The notes: generated by a model from the sequence alone, not told the origin. Positions 9,001 through 17,843 are shown, counted from the first letter of the stretch. The stretch is 32,000 nucleotides of DNA from Planctomycetales bacterium (GCA_022646745.1 CP060262.1:1200001-1232000); one strand, 5' to 3'. A program made the numbers and translations.

Positions 9001-9588
9001 ATGGACAAATCGATCCTCGACACTATCTTTTCACAGCTCGGTGATGAGCAGATGAAACAACTCGGCCAGCATGCCGGTGTGGACGAAGGCAAGGCCCGCC
9101 AGGGTCTGGAGGCCGTGATCCCCGTGCTGCTCGGTGCAATGGAGCGCAATGCCTCCGATGGCGGCGGTGCTGAGTCGCTGAAGAATGCACTGGAGAAGGA
9201 CCACGACGGTTCAATCCTCGACCAGCTCGGCGAGTACCTCGGCAACCCGGAGCAGGGCAAGGGCGGCGGCATCCTCAAGCATGTGCTGGGCGAGCGCCGC
9301 AGCAAGGTGGAGGAGCGGCTTGCGTCGCGTACTGAACTCGACCAGGGCCCACTTGGCAAGCTGATGGAGCTGGCAGCGCCGCTCGTGATGGGCGCGCTTG
9401 GCAAGCAGCAGAAGCAGCAGGGTGGCTTCAGCCTTGACAACTTAAGCGAGATGCTCGGCAAACAGCGCGAAGCCAGTGAGTCCGGCGGCGGACTGCTCGG
9501 AATGGCAGCGGACATGCTGGACAGCGATGGCGACGGGGATATCATGGATGACCTCGGTGGCCTGGCCGGCAAGCTTTTCGGACGCTAG
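9001..9588 (+). CDS. DUF937-family protein
   Basis: 195 aa. G/L/D-rich with LGKLMELAAPLVMGALGK and ILKHVLGERR segments and a terminal DDLGGLAGKLFGR, typical of DUF937 as I recall it. SD GGAGG is 8 nt upstream. Confidence 0.7.
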   Translation: MDKSILDTIFSQLGDEQMKQLGQHAGVDEGKARQGLEAVIPVLLGAMERNASDGGGAESLKNALEKDHDGSILDQLGEYLGNPEQGKGGGILKHVLGERRSKVEERLASRTELDQGPLGKLMELAAPLVMGALGKQQKQQGGFSLDNLSEMLGKQREASESGGGLLGMAADMLDSDGDGDIMDDLGGLAGKLFGR

Positions 9589-9592
9589 GCGC

Positions 9593-12500
9593 TCAATTCG
9601 AGGTTACGACATACAGGGTACCGCCACTGTAGGCCAACAGCCTGCCATCTGACAACGGAGGGCCGAAGCCCAGGCCAGTTGGGGAAGCTGCCAGTGTGTC
9701 AGACCAGAGCAGGTTCAGGGCCGCATCATAGGCCCGCAGCACTGCGTCGCCGGAGGGATCTTCACCCGCGGTGTAGATCCGGCTCTCAGCATCCACAAAG
9801 ATGATTTCCTCATCTTCAATGTCAATGAACTGCTCCAGCCCGTTGCTGCCGCTGCGGTACAGCCTGTAGTTGCCCGAGGGGGAATCATAGCCTGTCATAT
9901 ACGCCCGCAGGTTCCAGTCCTGCACCGGTGTGACGGCCTTCAGGCTGTCCTGCGGGATTGCCGTGACGTCAAGCACGCCGCCTGTGCGGGTCATTGTCAA
10001 CAGCTTGCCCGTCAGGAATGAATACCAGGCCAGCCGGCCATTGTCCATGTACAGTGGTGCATCCACCGCAAAGCGGAACTCATTGCCTGCGCTTGGCACC
10101 AGTGTCTTCCAGAGCAGTTCGCCATCCATTCTGAAGCTCGACAGGGAACCCTCCTCGCAGTAGAGCATGCCGTCCAGCCCGACCGTTGCCAGCACTGTAA
10201 TCTCGCCATACTCCCGCAGCTTGAGTCCGGACGTGGAGTAATTGGCAAGGCAGGCATCTGCCGTCAGCACGGAGCCGTTCGGTGCGATTGCCAGGTCGGC
10301 GTAATCATGGTTGTCAAGCTGCTGCTGCCAGATCCGCTGGCCGCTGCTGTCCAGTGCATCCAGCCGCCTGCCGGGCAGCAGCGCATAGACGTTGTCATTG
10401 TAGCCACAGGCTGCCGTGGACAGCTGCAGCGCGTCAGAGCCATACTGCCATAGCAGCTGCCCCTGCGGACTGAGGCGGCGCAGCCGGCCACCGGCCACGA
10501 GCAGGATGTCACCATCCGGTGCGACCAGCGCGGATGTGATTGCCAGCCCGCCGGTGTCATGCAGCATTGCCAGGCTGGCTCCGGGGCCTGGTCCGCCGTG
10601 GCTGCTGCGCCGTGTGCGCTGCGGATCATGGAATTCGCTTGGCCAGCACTCCCCGGCCCGGCCGGTGGCGCTATCACTCCAGAACAGGCCGGGCTGCCCC
10701 TCATAGATCCCTTTCAGGCGGTACTCATAGACTGAATCCGCATCAAAGGGCGGCGAGAGCGGGTTGCCATTTCCGTGCAGGAAGAAGTCGGTGGCCGGCA
10801 GGTCGGCAACCTGGGTCCAGTCCGCCGGGCCCTGTCCCTCCAGGCAGCGGTACTGCAGGCGGTAGCCATCCAGCCGCGGGATAGCGTTCCAGTACACCGC
10901 CACCTGGTTGTTGTAGTAAGCATCCGTGGCCTGCACGTCGTCAATGTCAATCGAGAACACCTCAATGTCGAGCGAGCAGCTGTCCTGCCTGCCGGCGCTG
11001 TCCTGCACGATCAGGTTTATGGTGTTGACACCGAGGTCCGCCGGCCCGAAGGTATGCTCCACGAAGGGTTCCGTGGTGGTCTGGTCGCCAAAGCCGTCGC
11101 CATCCCAGTCCCACTTGTAGGCGGCGATCCCGGCGGCGGCAATGCTGGCCGAGGCATCGAACTGCACCGGCCGCAGCGGTGGCACTGCCGACAGGCTGGC
11201 ACTGAGGATGGCAGAGGGCTGCGGTTCCTCGCCGTCCTCCAGGCAGAACAGTTCACCATGGTCATTGGAGAAGTACAGCAGGCCATGGCGGTCCATCGAG
11301 ATCGACTTGCGCACGGGATGCACGGCGTTGAATGACCACAGCAGCACACCGGAATGGTGGAAGGCGTAGACCCGCCCATCCGAGGAGCCGATGTAGATCA
11401 CTCCGTTGCCACTGACAAGCGGGGCGGACTCCACCGGGCCGCCGGTCAGGTATGACCAGTTGATGTCACCTTCCGGGCTGACACTGTAGACCCGGCCATC
11501 CAGGCAACCGAAGATGATGTCCAGTTCGTCCGTCAGTGCGACGGAGACATTGATCGCATCCGGGAACTGCAGCTCCCAGAGCGGTTCGCCGAAGATGTCG
11601 AGGCGGGTCAGCTTGCCGTTATCGCTGCCATAGACGATTGAATCGTCAGGCAGGATCGTTGCCGAGGAGAAGATCCGGCCGCCGGTATGGTGCTTCCAGG
11701 CCAGTTCACCGCGGGTATTGAGCTTGATCACGGAACCCTGCAGGGTCGGCACATAGACATCGCCGTAGGTTGTCAGGGATGGAGTGGCACTGATGCCCTC
11801 GCCGGCATTGAATTGCCAGATGAGCTTGCCGAAATGGTCCAGCTTGTAGACCTGGTGGTCCAGGTTGCCAAGGTAGACATTGTCCTCGGCGTCGCAGATC
11901 GGCGGGCTGATGATCTCACCGTTCGTGGGGAACTGCCACTCCAGTTTGCCGAAGCGGTCCAGGCAGTACAGCCGGCTGTCATAGCAGCCGACGAACAGCT
12001 TGCCATTGTGGGCAAGGCAAGGTGTGCTGTCCAGCCGGCCCTCGGCGCTGAACTCGCCGTTGATGTTACCCTCGTCGTCAATCGCGAAGAACTTCGCGAA
12101 CTCCGTCCCGACGTACATGTTGCCAACGGAGTCGATCGAGATTGAAGAGGTCAGCCCGCCGGCCATTTCCAGCTTCCAGCGCAGCGACTTGTTGAGCGGT
12201 CCGGGAATTGCCGTACGCTGGGTCTGGCTGCTGTCAAAGCCGTAGTGCGGCCACTGCGGCTGGCTGAAGCGGTAACTGGCCGCTCCGTTGGCATCACCAT
12301 CCGTGAAGCGGAACCAGAAAATGTCGTAGTTGTCCGCCGGGGCAATGTGCCTGAACAGCAGGCGTCCACCGCTGATTGCCGTGCTGAGCGGGACGGTGGC
12401 GATTTCCACCGCGCCGGGCCCATCAGGCTGCTGTGGGTCGAGCGGGAAGTCGTCGAAGGACTGACTGGCGAACAGCCGGGTGCCGAGGATGCGGCGGCCA

Positions 12501-12976
12501 TAGTTCAGCCCGATCGGGGTGACGTCCGCCAGGTTGATTTCGCCGTTGCCATCGCCGTCAATCACGGCCTGGATGGAGAGGTAGTCAAACTGGCCGCTTT
12601 CGCCGAAGTGGCTGGCCAGCGGAACCAGGTCGGCTGCATTCACCTCACCGTTCTGGTCGTAGTCCCCCGGGGCGTCGTAGTACCACTGGAAAGCGCCGTC
12701 CACATAGTTCAGGTTGCGCAGCCGCGGATCCGCAGCAGCTGCTGCGCTGCGCTGCGTATCGCTGATGCTGAGCACACGTTCCAGCTCCGCCTGCAGCATT
12801 GCCAGCAGCGCGTGGTCTGGGCCTGGCTCAGTCAGGGGCTGGTTGCCCGGCGAGGTTGACGTGATGTTCCCATTTCCCGGGGCAGGCACCAGCCGGGCCT
12901 GGCCGTCCGATCCAGAGCTGCAGCCGGCCAGCACCAGCAGCAGTATCAGCATCCCCAGTTTCCAGCCGCAATGCAT
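9593..12976 (-). CDS. giant lipoprotein: N-terminal dockerin repeats, Ig-like region, PQQ/BamB-like beta-propeller, PKD, FN3-like, second propeller
   Basis: 1127 aa. Lipobox LLLVLAGC. SD GGGGAGGA. Repeated ~40-aa units: FGKLEWQFPTNGEI, FGKLIWQFNAGEGI, RGELAWKHHTGGRI, EGDINWSYLTGGPV, SGVLLWSFNAV. PKD-like segment YKWDWDGDGFGD...LIVQDSAGR. Confidence 0.85.
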   Translation of the reverse strand: MHCGWKLGMLILLLVLAGCSSGSDGQARLVPAPGNGNITSTSPGNQPLTEPGPDHALLAMLQAELERVLSISDTQRSAAAAADPRLRNLNYVDGAFQWYYDAPGDYDQNGEVNAADLVPLASHFGESGQFDYLSIQAVIDGDGNGEINLADVTPIGLNYGRRILGTRLFASQSFDDFPLDPQQPDGPGAVEIATVPLSTAISGGRLLFRHIAPADNYDIFWFRFTDGDANGAASYRFSQPQWPHYGFDSSQTQRTAIPGPLNKSLRWKLEMAGGLTSSISIDSVGNMYVGTEFAKFFAIDDEGNINGEFSAEGRLDSTPCLAHNGKLFVGCYDSRLYCLDRFGKLEWQFPTNGEIISPPICDAEDNVYLGNLDHQVYKLDHFGKLIWQFNAGEGISATPSLTTYGDVYVPTLQGSVIKLNTRGELAWKHHTGGRIFSSATILPDDSIVYGSDNGKLTRLDIFGEPLWELQFPDAINVSVALTDELDIIFGCLDGRVYSVSPEGDINWSYLTGGPVESAPLVSGNGVIYIGSSDGRVYAFHHSGVLLWSFNAVHPVRKSISMDRHGLLYFSNDHGELFCLEDGEEPQPSAILSASLSAVPPLRPVQFDASASIAAAGIAAYKWDWDGDGFGDQTTTEPFVEHTFGPADLGVNTINLIVQDSAGRQDSCSLDIEVFSIDIDDVQATDAYYNNQVAVYWNAIPRLDGYRLQYRCLEGQGPADWTQVADLPATDFFLHGNGNPLSPPFDADSVYEYRLKGIYEGQPGLFWSDSATGRAGECWPSEFHDPQRTRRSSHGGPGPGASLAMLHDTGGLAITSALVAPDGDILLVAGGRLRRLSPQGQLLWQYGSDALQLSTAACGYNDNVYALLPGRRLDALDSSGQRIWQQQLDNHDYADLAIAPNGSVLTADACLANYSTSGLKLREYGEITVLATVGLDGMLYCEEGSLSSFRMDGELLWKTLVPSAGNEFRFAVDAPLYMDNGRLAWYSFLTGKLLTMTRTGGVLDVTAIPQDSLKAVTPVQDWNLRAYMTGYDSPSGNYRLYRSGSNGLEQFIDIEDEEIIFVDAESRIYTAGEDPSGDAVLRAYDAALNLLWSDTLAASPTGLGFGPPLSDGRLLAYSGGTLYVVTSN
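12497..12664 (-). other. dockerin-type duplicated Ca-binding (F-hand) module within 9593..12976
   Basis: Residues ~105-160: DYDQNGEVNAADLVPLASHFG and DGDGNGEINLADVTPIGLNYG. Both fit DxDxNGxxxxxD plus a hydrophobic helix. Confidence 0.6.
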
Positions 12977-13099
12977 CGTTTTCCTCCCCTTCAGCCCTGC
13001 ACAGCGATGTTAACAGTTCGGGGAGCGGGACGGGGTTGTCACATGGTGGCAAGTTCCGGGGAACACTTGGAGTAGCCGATGCGGCCTGTGCTGATCCTT

Positions 13100-13612
13100 C
13101 TACTCGCCCGTTGCCACGATGTAGGGTGTGTCGCAGTGCGGGCAGACCGCCTTCAGCGAGCTGCCTGCGTAAAGCTGGCCGCTGAGCTTCATCTCCGCGA
13201 GGCGGGTGACCAGTACGCCATACAGGGTGAACACGTCGCCGACGCTGCGGGCCGAAACCACCGTGCGGGCCACCCACTCCGGCATGCCGATGTCGTCACT
13301 GTCCAGTTCCAGCATGTAGCTGACATTGTCACTGTCCCCCGGCCGCCGGCTGAGCCGCAGGCCCCGCACCCGGTTGAAGCTGACATAGGCATGGCGCCGG
13401 GCGGAAATGCTGCCGGCCTTGCTCATGCCGGCCACGACCTTGATCAGGCGCATGTCGGTGAGCGTGATGCCCTCACCCTTGCTGGTGTGCACTTCGATGA
13501 TGATGTCCTCGTCGGGCCTCAGGCATTCATTCACTCCGGCCCCGAGTCCGCCGGGCAGCTGGCTGGCTTGCATGCAAGGAATATAGCAGCGGGGAGGCGC
13601 TGGTTTCAGCAT
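13100..13612 (-). CDS. hypothetical cytosolic protein (170 aa; 157 aa from the alternative start at 13573), possibly bacterial PH-like
   Basis: High GC3 and no signal peptide. The segment DIIIEVHTSKGEGITLTDMRLIKV resembles bPH/GRAM-like domains (weak, by eye). Cys pairs CYIPC (N-terminal) and CPHC (C-terminal). The alternative ATG at 13573 is preceded by TATATT plus 6 nt. Confidence 0.55.
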   Translation of the reverse strand: MLKPAPPRCYIPCMQASQLPGGLGAGVNECLRPDEDIIIEVHTSKGEGITLTDMRLIKVVAGMSKAGSISARRHAYVSFNRVRGLRLSRRPGDSDNVSYMLELDSDDIGMPEWVARTVVSARSVGDVFTLYGVLVTRLAEMKLSGQLYAGSSLKAVCPHCDTPYIVATGE

Positions 13613-13620
13613 GCTGCCAA

Positions 13621-15303
13621 TCAGTATGTGATCCAGCTGTCCTGGCCGGCATGGATTGTCCGGTCCTGGCCGTCAATCTCCACTCCGATCTGCCAGTCCA
13701 GAACCAATAAGGCCGGCCCGGCTTCGACAGCATTGCTGCCAGCAGCTGCGGCATTGCCCAGTGCGGAGAGGTAGTCCTCAACCCTCAGCTCAGCGTGCAT
13801 GTCATGGATCCTGGCATAGTTTCCCTCAGGCAGGCGGATGAAGCAGTCCACTGTGTTGCCAATGATGTATGTTCCTTCCTGCTCCCTGTAAGTGATCGCA
13901 AGATTCCTGGCGGAATTCTGACGTTGGGAAAGCTGGAAATCCGGCTGCGAGCTGATCACTATTCCCGGCCAGTCCGCATCCTGCATGTCCGCCAGGCGCG
14001 GGTCATCCCTGTCCAGCGACGCCAGGTCAGTGGCGGGGTCAGCAATCGTGCACTGCATGTTGGCGGAGAGGACTGCCAGGATGATGTCCAGCCGGTCCTG
14101 CACAATGCCGGAATCCCCATCCTGGTGGAGCGCGCCGAAATGCCAGACCCGGCGCCGGGCTGTATCCGGCTTGCTGTCCGCCCAATCATATGTGAAGTGC
14201 AGCATGTACTGCGTTTCACTCTCCAAGTAGCTGTCTCCATCGCCGGACGGATTCAGCACGACGGTCGGCAGGTTGAACTGTGCGGAATAGCGCATGTCCG
14301 GTTCCGCAGGCCGCAGCCGGTATTCCGCACCTGAGACCAGTGGCCAGCTGGATTCAGTCATGGGCTGGATTTCCTGCCAGGCTGCGTGCAGCAGGGACTC
14401 ATCCAGTTCCACCAGCACCGAATCCCCGGCAAGCTGGTACGGGCCATACTGCAGCATGTCGTATTCATTGCCAAGCCTGCCGAGCAGCATTGCGTCCGGC
14501 ACCGAAGCATCAACAAGCTCGTACCCTCCGAATTCATTCATGCGGAATTCAAACAGGTGGTCTGCATCCTTCGTGTAGCGCAGTCCTGCAAGCAGCTGCT
14601 TGATTCTCAGTGGGCTGGCTTGCGGACCGGCCGCAGGCGTTTGGGCATTTGCGGCTGACGAGATGAGGCTGACGAGGATTCGCTGGGGCGGACCCAGCTC
14701 GGCATTGCCGGAGTACCAGTCTGCGTATCGGTTGGCAAGGCCAGCACTGTCGCCGCCTAGGTAGATTGGCCCACTGGCAGTATCCAGCGTGGTGTTCCAG
14801 CCTACCGCAATTGCGGCACCACTGCCTTTCCAGTCTGGATCATCTATGCTGCCCTGCAGGAACAACTGGATATTCTGGGCAAAACGGTCGCCATCGTAGT
14901 ACCTTGCGTATGGGTCTTCAAGCGCCAGCAGGACTGTCAGGCTGGCCCCGGCAGCAGTGGACTTGAAGGATGCCGGAGCCATGGTCTGTCGCTCATACAG
15001 CACTCCTGAGGGGAGCAACTGGCTCCTGCCGCTGATCGGTGAGCTGCCATGGAACATGCTGTCCTCCAGCAGCAGGTAACGGCCCTCCAGCTGCCGGGAA
15101 AGCATTTCGTACGCATGCTCGTTGGAACTGTCCGGAACTGCCGCCGCACTGAATTCGCCAAGTGCAATTCCCGAGATGCTGCGTTCCTGTACTTCCCCCG
15201 CATTACCCGGCTGGTTGCCGGAGGAACCACACGATGCTGCCACCAGCATGGAGATAATGGCCAGCGCTACGAGCTGAAGATAGCGAATGAACAACCTGGG
15301 CAT
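13621..15303 (-). CDS. lipoprotein of unknown function (560 aa), possibly three copies of the module seen in 24350..26951
   Basis: Signal plus relaxed lipobox LVAASC. SD AGGGGGGG. No known domain recognised. The C-terminus LVLDWQIGVEIDGQDRTIHAGQDSWITY resembles the module ends in 25089..26294 and 26298..26951. Confidence 0.7.
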   Translation of the reverse strand: MPRLFIRYLQLVALAIISMLVAASCGSSGNQPGNAGEVQERSISGIALGEFSAAAVPDSSNEHAYEMLSRQLEGRYLLLEDSMFHGSSPISGRSQLLPSGVLYERQTMAPASFKSTAAGASLTVLLALEDPYARYYDGDRFAQNIQLFLQGSIDDPDWKGSGAAIAVGWNTTLDTASGPIYLGGDSAGLANRYADWYSGNAELGPPQRILVSLISSAANAQTPAAGPQASPLRIKQLLAGLRYTKDADHLFEFRMNEFGGYELVDASVPDAMLLGRLGNEYDMLQYGPYQLAGDSVLVELDESLLHAAWQEIQPMTESSWPLVSGAEYRLRPAEPDMRYSAQFNLPTVVLNPSGDGDSYLESETQYMLHFTYDWADSKPDTARRRVWHFGALHQDGDSGIVQDRLDIILAVLSANMQCTIADPATDLASLDRDDPRLADMQDADWPGIVISSQPDFQLSQRQNSARNLAITYREQEGTYIIGNTVDCFIRLPEGNYARIHDMHAELRVEDYLSALGNAAAAGSNAVEAGPALLVLDWQIGVEIDGQDRTIHAGQDSWITY

Positions 15304-15457
15304 GTTCCCCCCCTTCGCAAGATCATTACATGAATCCAGTTTCGTTGCACTGGAACATCATTGAATCAGTCCCGCCTTCCCTGGAACTGAACACTGGCAG
15401 AACAGACGGGAACCGTCAGGCTTTGTTTTGTTTGAATGGGTCCGGCCGCCTGCCCGG

Positions 15458-15463
15458 TATAAT
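15458..15463 (+). promoter_or_regulatory. -10 box (TATAAT) 9 nt upstream of the der ATG
   Basis: Perfect TATAAT with no SD before the ATG at 15473. The -35 is poor: the best candidate, TTGAAT, sits at a 20-nt spacing. Confidence 0.4.
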
Positions 15464-15472
15464 CTGCGCGCC

Positions 15473-17017
15473 ATGGGAACAGATGTACAGCGGCCGAAGG
15501 TGGCCCTGATCGGGCGGCCGAATGTCGGCAAGAGCACCCTCTTCAACCGCCTGGTCGGACAGAAGCTTGCGATCACGGACGACGTGCCGGGGATCACGCG
15601 CGACCGGCTGTACGGCGTCTGCGAGTGGGATGGCTATGAGTTCGAGGTGATCGACTGCGGCGGGCTGGGCGAGGAGAGCGAAGATCCGCTGTGGATGGCC
15701 GTCGCCGAGAACACCCTGCGCGCGATGGACGAAGCGGACGTGATCATCCTGATGGCAGATGCCCGTACCGGCATGACGCTGTCCGATGACGAAGTGCTGA
15801 AGGAGCTGCGCAAGCGCAGTGAGAAGCCGGTGATCGTGGCCGTCAACAAGGTGGAGCACGAGAACCATGAGATCCTCGCCAGCGAGTTCTGGAAGCTGGG
15901 CTACAAGGACATGGTATCGATCAGCGCACTGTCGCGCCGCCGGCTCGGTGAGATGCTGGACCTCGTGGTGGCGAAGCTGGACTGGTCGAAGTGGCCGGAA
16001 GCGACCCCGCAGTTCATGCAGCAGCGCTATGGCGATGCCCCGGACGAGGAGGAGCAGAAGGAGCTGGTGCGCGCCGAGCTGGAGGAGCAGGGCATCGAAC
16101 TGGACGAGGAGGACTACCCCTTCGCCTGGGTGCAACGCAGCGGGCCGCTGTTCGTGCCGGATGAAAGCTGGAAGAACGAACCGGTGCGGCTGGCCTTCGT
16201 CGGCCGCCAGAATGTCGGCAAGAGCAGCATCACGAATGCGCTGCTGGGCCGGCACCGTGCGCTGGTGAGCGACCTGGCCGGCACCACACGCGACCCGCTG
16301 TATGCGGAGTTCGAGTTCGAAGGCACGAAGTATGAGCTGATGGACACTGCCGGGATGAAGCGCATCACCCGGCTGAAGGAAGATGTCGACTACTACTCAA
16401 TGATTCGCGCCGAGAAGAGCCTGCGCACGAGCGAGGTCGGCATCCTCACCCTGGACGCCGAGGTCGGCGTGACTGAACAGGACAAGCGCGTGGCGCAGAA
16501 GATCGCGGACTTCTCACGTGCGATCGTGATCCTCGTCAACAAGCGCGACCTGATCCCCGAGGGCAAGGAAGCGCTCGAGCTGTACAGTGACTATGTGCGC
16601 CGGAACCTGCGCAAGCTGCCCTGGGCCGAGGTGGTCTACACCTGTGCGCTGGAGGGGCAGGTCAGCGGGCTGCCGGAACTGCTGGCGGCCGCCAACCGGG
16701 CGCGGGACAACTTCCACCGCCGGATTGACAACAATGCGCTGGCCACCGTGCTCGAGGAGACCGTGGCGCTCAACCCGCCACCGATCGTGAAGAACCGCGA
16801 GCTGCTGTTCTTCGACTTCCGCCAGATTGGCAACTGCCCGCCGGCCTTCCTCGTCGAGCTGAATGACAAGATGCTGATCCGCCAGGCCTACCGGCGCTTC
16901 ATCGAGAACACGATCCGGCGCAACTTCGACTTCCGCGGCACGCATATACATATGGTCTATTACCAGAAGCTCAGCAAGCGCGCGCGGCTGGCCCGGGCCA
17001 GCAAGAGCCGGCGCTAG
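15473..17017 (+). CDS. der: ribosome-associated GTPase Der (EngA)
   Basis: 514 aa from ATG 15473. It has two GTPase domains (GRPNVGKS / DCGG / NKVE, and GRQNVGKS / DTAG / NKRD), an acidic inter-domain linker and a KH-like C-terminus. The track start at 15428 is a TTG extension. Confidence 0.93.
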   Translation: MGTDVQRPKVALIGRPNVGKSTLFNRLVGQKLAITDDVPGITRDRLYGVCEWDGYEFEVIDCGGLGEESEDPLWMAVAENTLRAMDEADVIILMADARTGMTLSDDEVLKELRKRSEKPVIVAVNKVEHENHEILASEFWKLGYKDMVSISALSRRRLGEMLDLVVAKLDWSKWPEATPQFMQQRYGDAPDEEEQKELVRAELEEQGIELDEEDYPFAWVQRSGPLFVPDESWKNEPVRLAFVGRQNVGKSSITNALLGRHRALVSDLAGTTRDPLYAEFEFEGTKYELMDTAGMKRITRLKEDVDYYSMIRAEKSLRTSEVGILTLDAEVGVTEQDKRVAQKIADFSRAIVILVNKRDLIPEGKEALELYSDYVRRNLRKLPWAEVVYTCALEGQVSGLPELLAAANRARDNFHRRIDNNALATVLEETVALNPPPIVKNRELLFFDFRQIGNCPPAFLVELNDKMLIRQAYRRFIENTIRRNFDFRGTHIHMVYYQKLSKRARLARASKSRR

Positions 17018-17064
17018 TCGCAGCGCTTCCCGCAATCTTCACATTGCAAGGATAGAATCTCCCG

Positions 17065-17787
17065 ATGCGAACTGCGCTGAAGCAGGCGGTATCCGAAGCG
17101 GTCGGCACGGCTGCGCTGGTGTTCGTCGGCCTGGCGTCGATCGCAATCTTCCTCGGCGATGAATATGCCGCAATCAGTACCCTGCCGCACCTGCTGAGAC
17201 TGCTTTTGGTGCTGCTCGGCTTCGGGGCCGTGATCACCGCGGTGATCCTCTCGCCCGTGGGCAGCATCAGCGGGGCGCACATCAACCCGGCGGTCAGCCT
17301 GGCTTTCGCTCTGCGCGGTGACCTGCCATGGAAGAACCTGCCGCTCGTTATCAGCGGGCAACTTTTCGGGGGCTGGCTCGGGGCACAGGCGGCGGTCGCC
17401 ATCTGGCACCGCACGCTGGCTGGTTTGTCCTTCGGTGTGACGCACCACAATGCACATTTCCCGCTGTGGGCCACGATTGCCGTGGAACTCGGCGGCACCC
17501 TGCTGTTGGTCTGGCTGATCTTCTGGCTGGTTGCCAACAGCAAGCGCCGGGAAGTGATCGCCGTCGCCGTCGGCTGCTACATCTGGCTGTTCGGCTGGGC
17601 CACGGCCACGATCAGCGGTGCCAGCTTCAACCCGGCGCGCAGCATCGGCCCGGCGATTGCCGGCCATGACTATCGCGAACTTTGGATGTACATCCTGTTC
17701 CCCGTGCTGGGGGCGGTGATTGCCGCCGTCTGGTGCCGGCTTGCCCCGGCGAGCTGCGGCTGCAATATGCAGGAAGGCTGCCGCTAG
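17065..17787 (+). CDS. MIP-family channel (aquaporin/aquaglyceroporin) with a Cys-rich C-terminal tail
   Basis: 240 aa. Two NPA boxes (SGAHINPAVS, SGASFNPARS) and about six hydrophobic segments. Tail WCRLAPASCGCNMQEGCR. TAGAAT (17053..17058) lies 6 nt upstream of the ATG. Confidence 0.88.
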   Translation: MRTALKQAVSEAVGTAALVFVGLASIAIFLGDEYAAISTLPHLLRLLLVLLGFGAVITAVILSPVGSISGAHINPAVSLAFALRGDLPWKNLPLVISGQLFGGWLGAQAAVAIWHRTLAGLSFGVTHHNAHFPLWATIAVELGGTLLLVWLIFWLVANSKRREVIAVAVGCYIWLFGWATATISGASFNPARSIGPAIAGHDYRELWMYILFPVLGAVIAAVWCRLAPASCGCNMQEGCR

Positions 17788-17797
17788 AAAATGGAAA

Positions 17798-17823
17798 CGG
17801 GGACCCGCAGGCCCCCGCTTTTC
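17798..17823. terminator. hairpin terminator between convergent genes (MIP channel and 17844..20348), probably bidirectional
   Basis: CGGGGACC-CGCA-GGCCCCCG (one A/C mismatch), followed by CTTTTC on the + strand and TTTCCATTTTC on the - strand. It shares the core and CGCA loop with the terminator at 20405..20431. Confidence 0.6.
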
Positions 17824-17843
17824 AATCAGCTTCTTTCGTCTGC

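Noticed and set aside
15331-15420. Possible sigma54 promoter (TGGAAC elements) in the der / lipoprotein intergenic region
   Set aside because: On neither strand is a GG-N10-GC arrangement present. The -12 TTGC element is missing at the correct spacing.
15416-16255. 279-aa ORF antisense to der (similar cases: 16514..17035, 16971..17543 and 17014..17667 opposite der and the MIP gene)
   Set aside because: These are shadow frames of clearly identified genes, with no independent signals.
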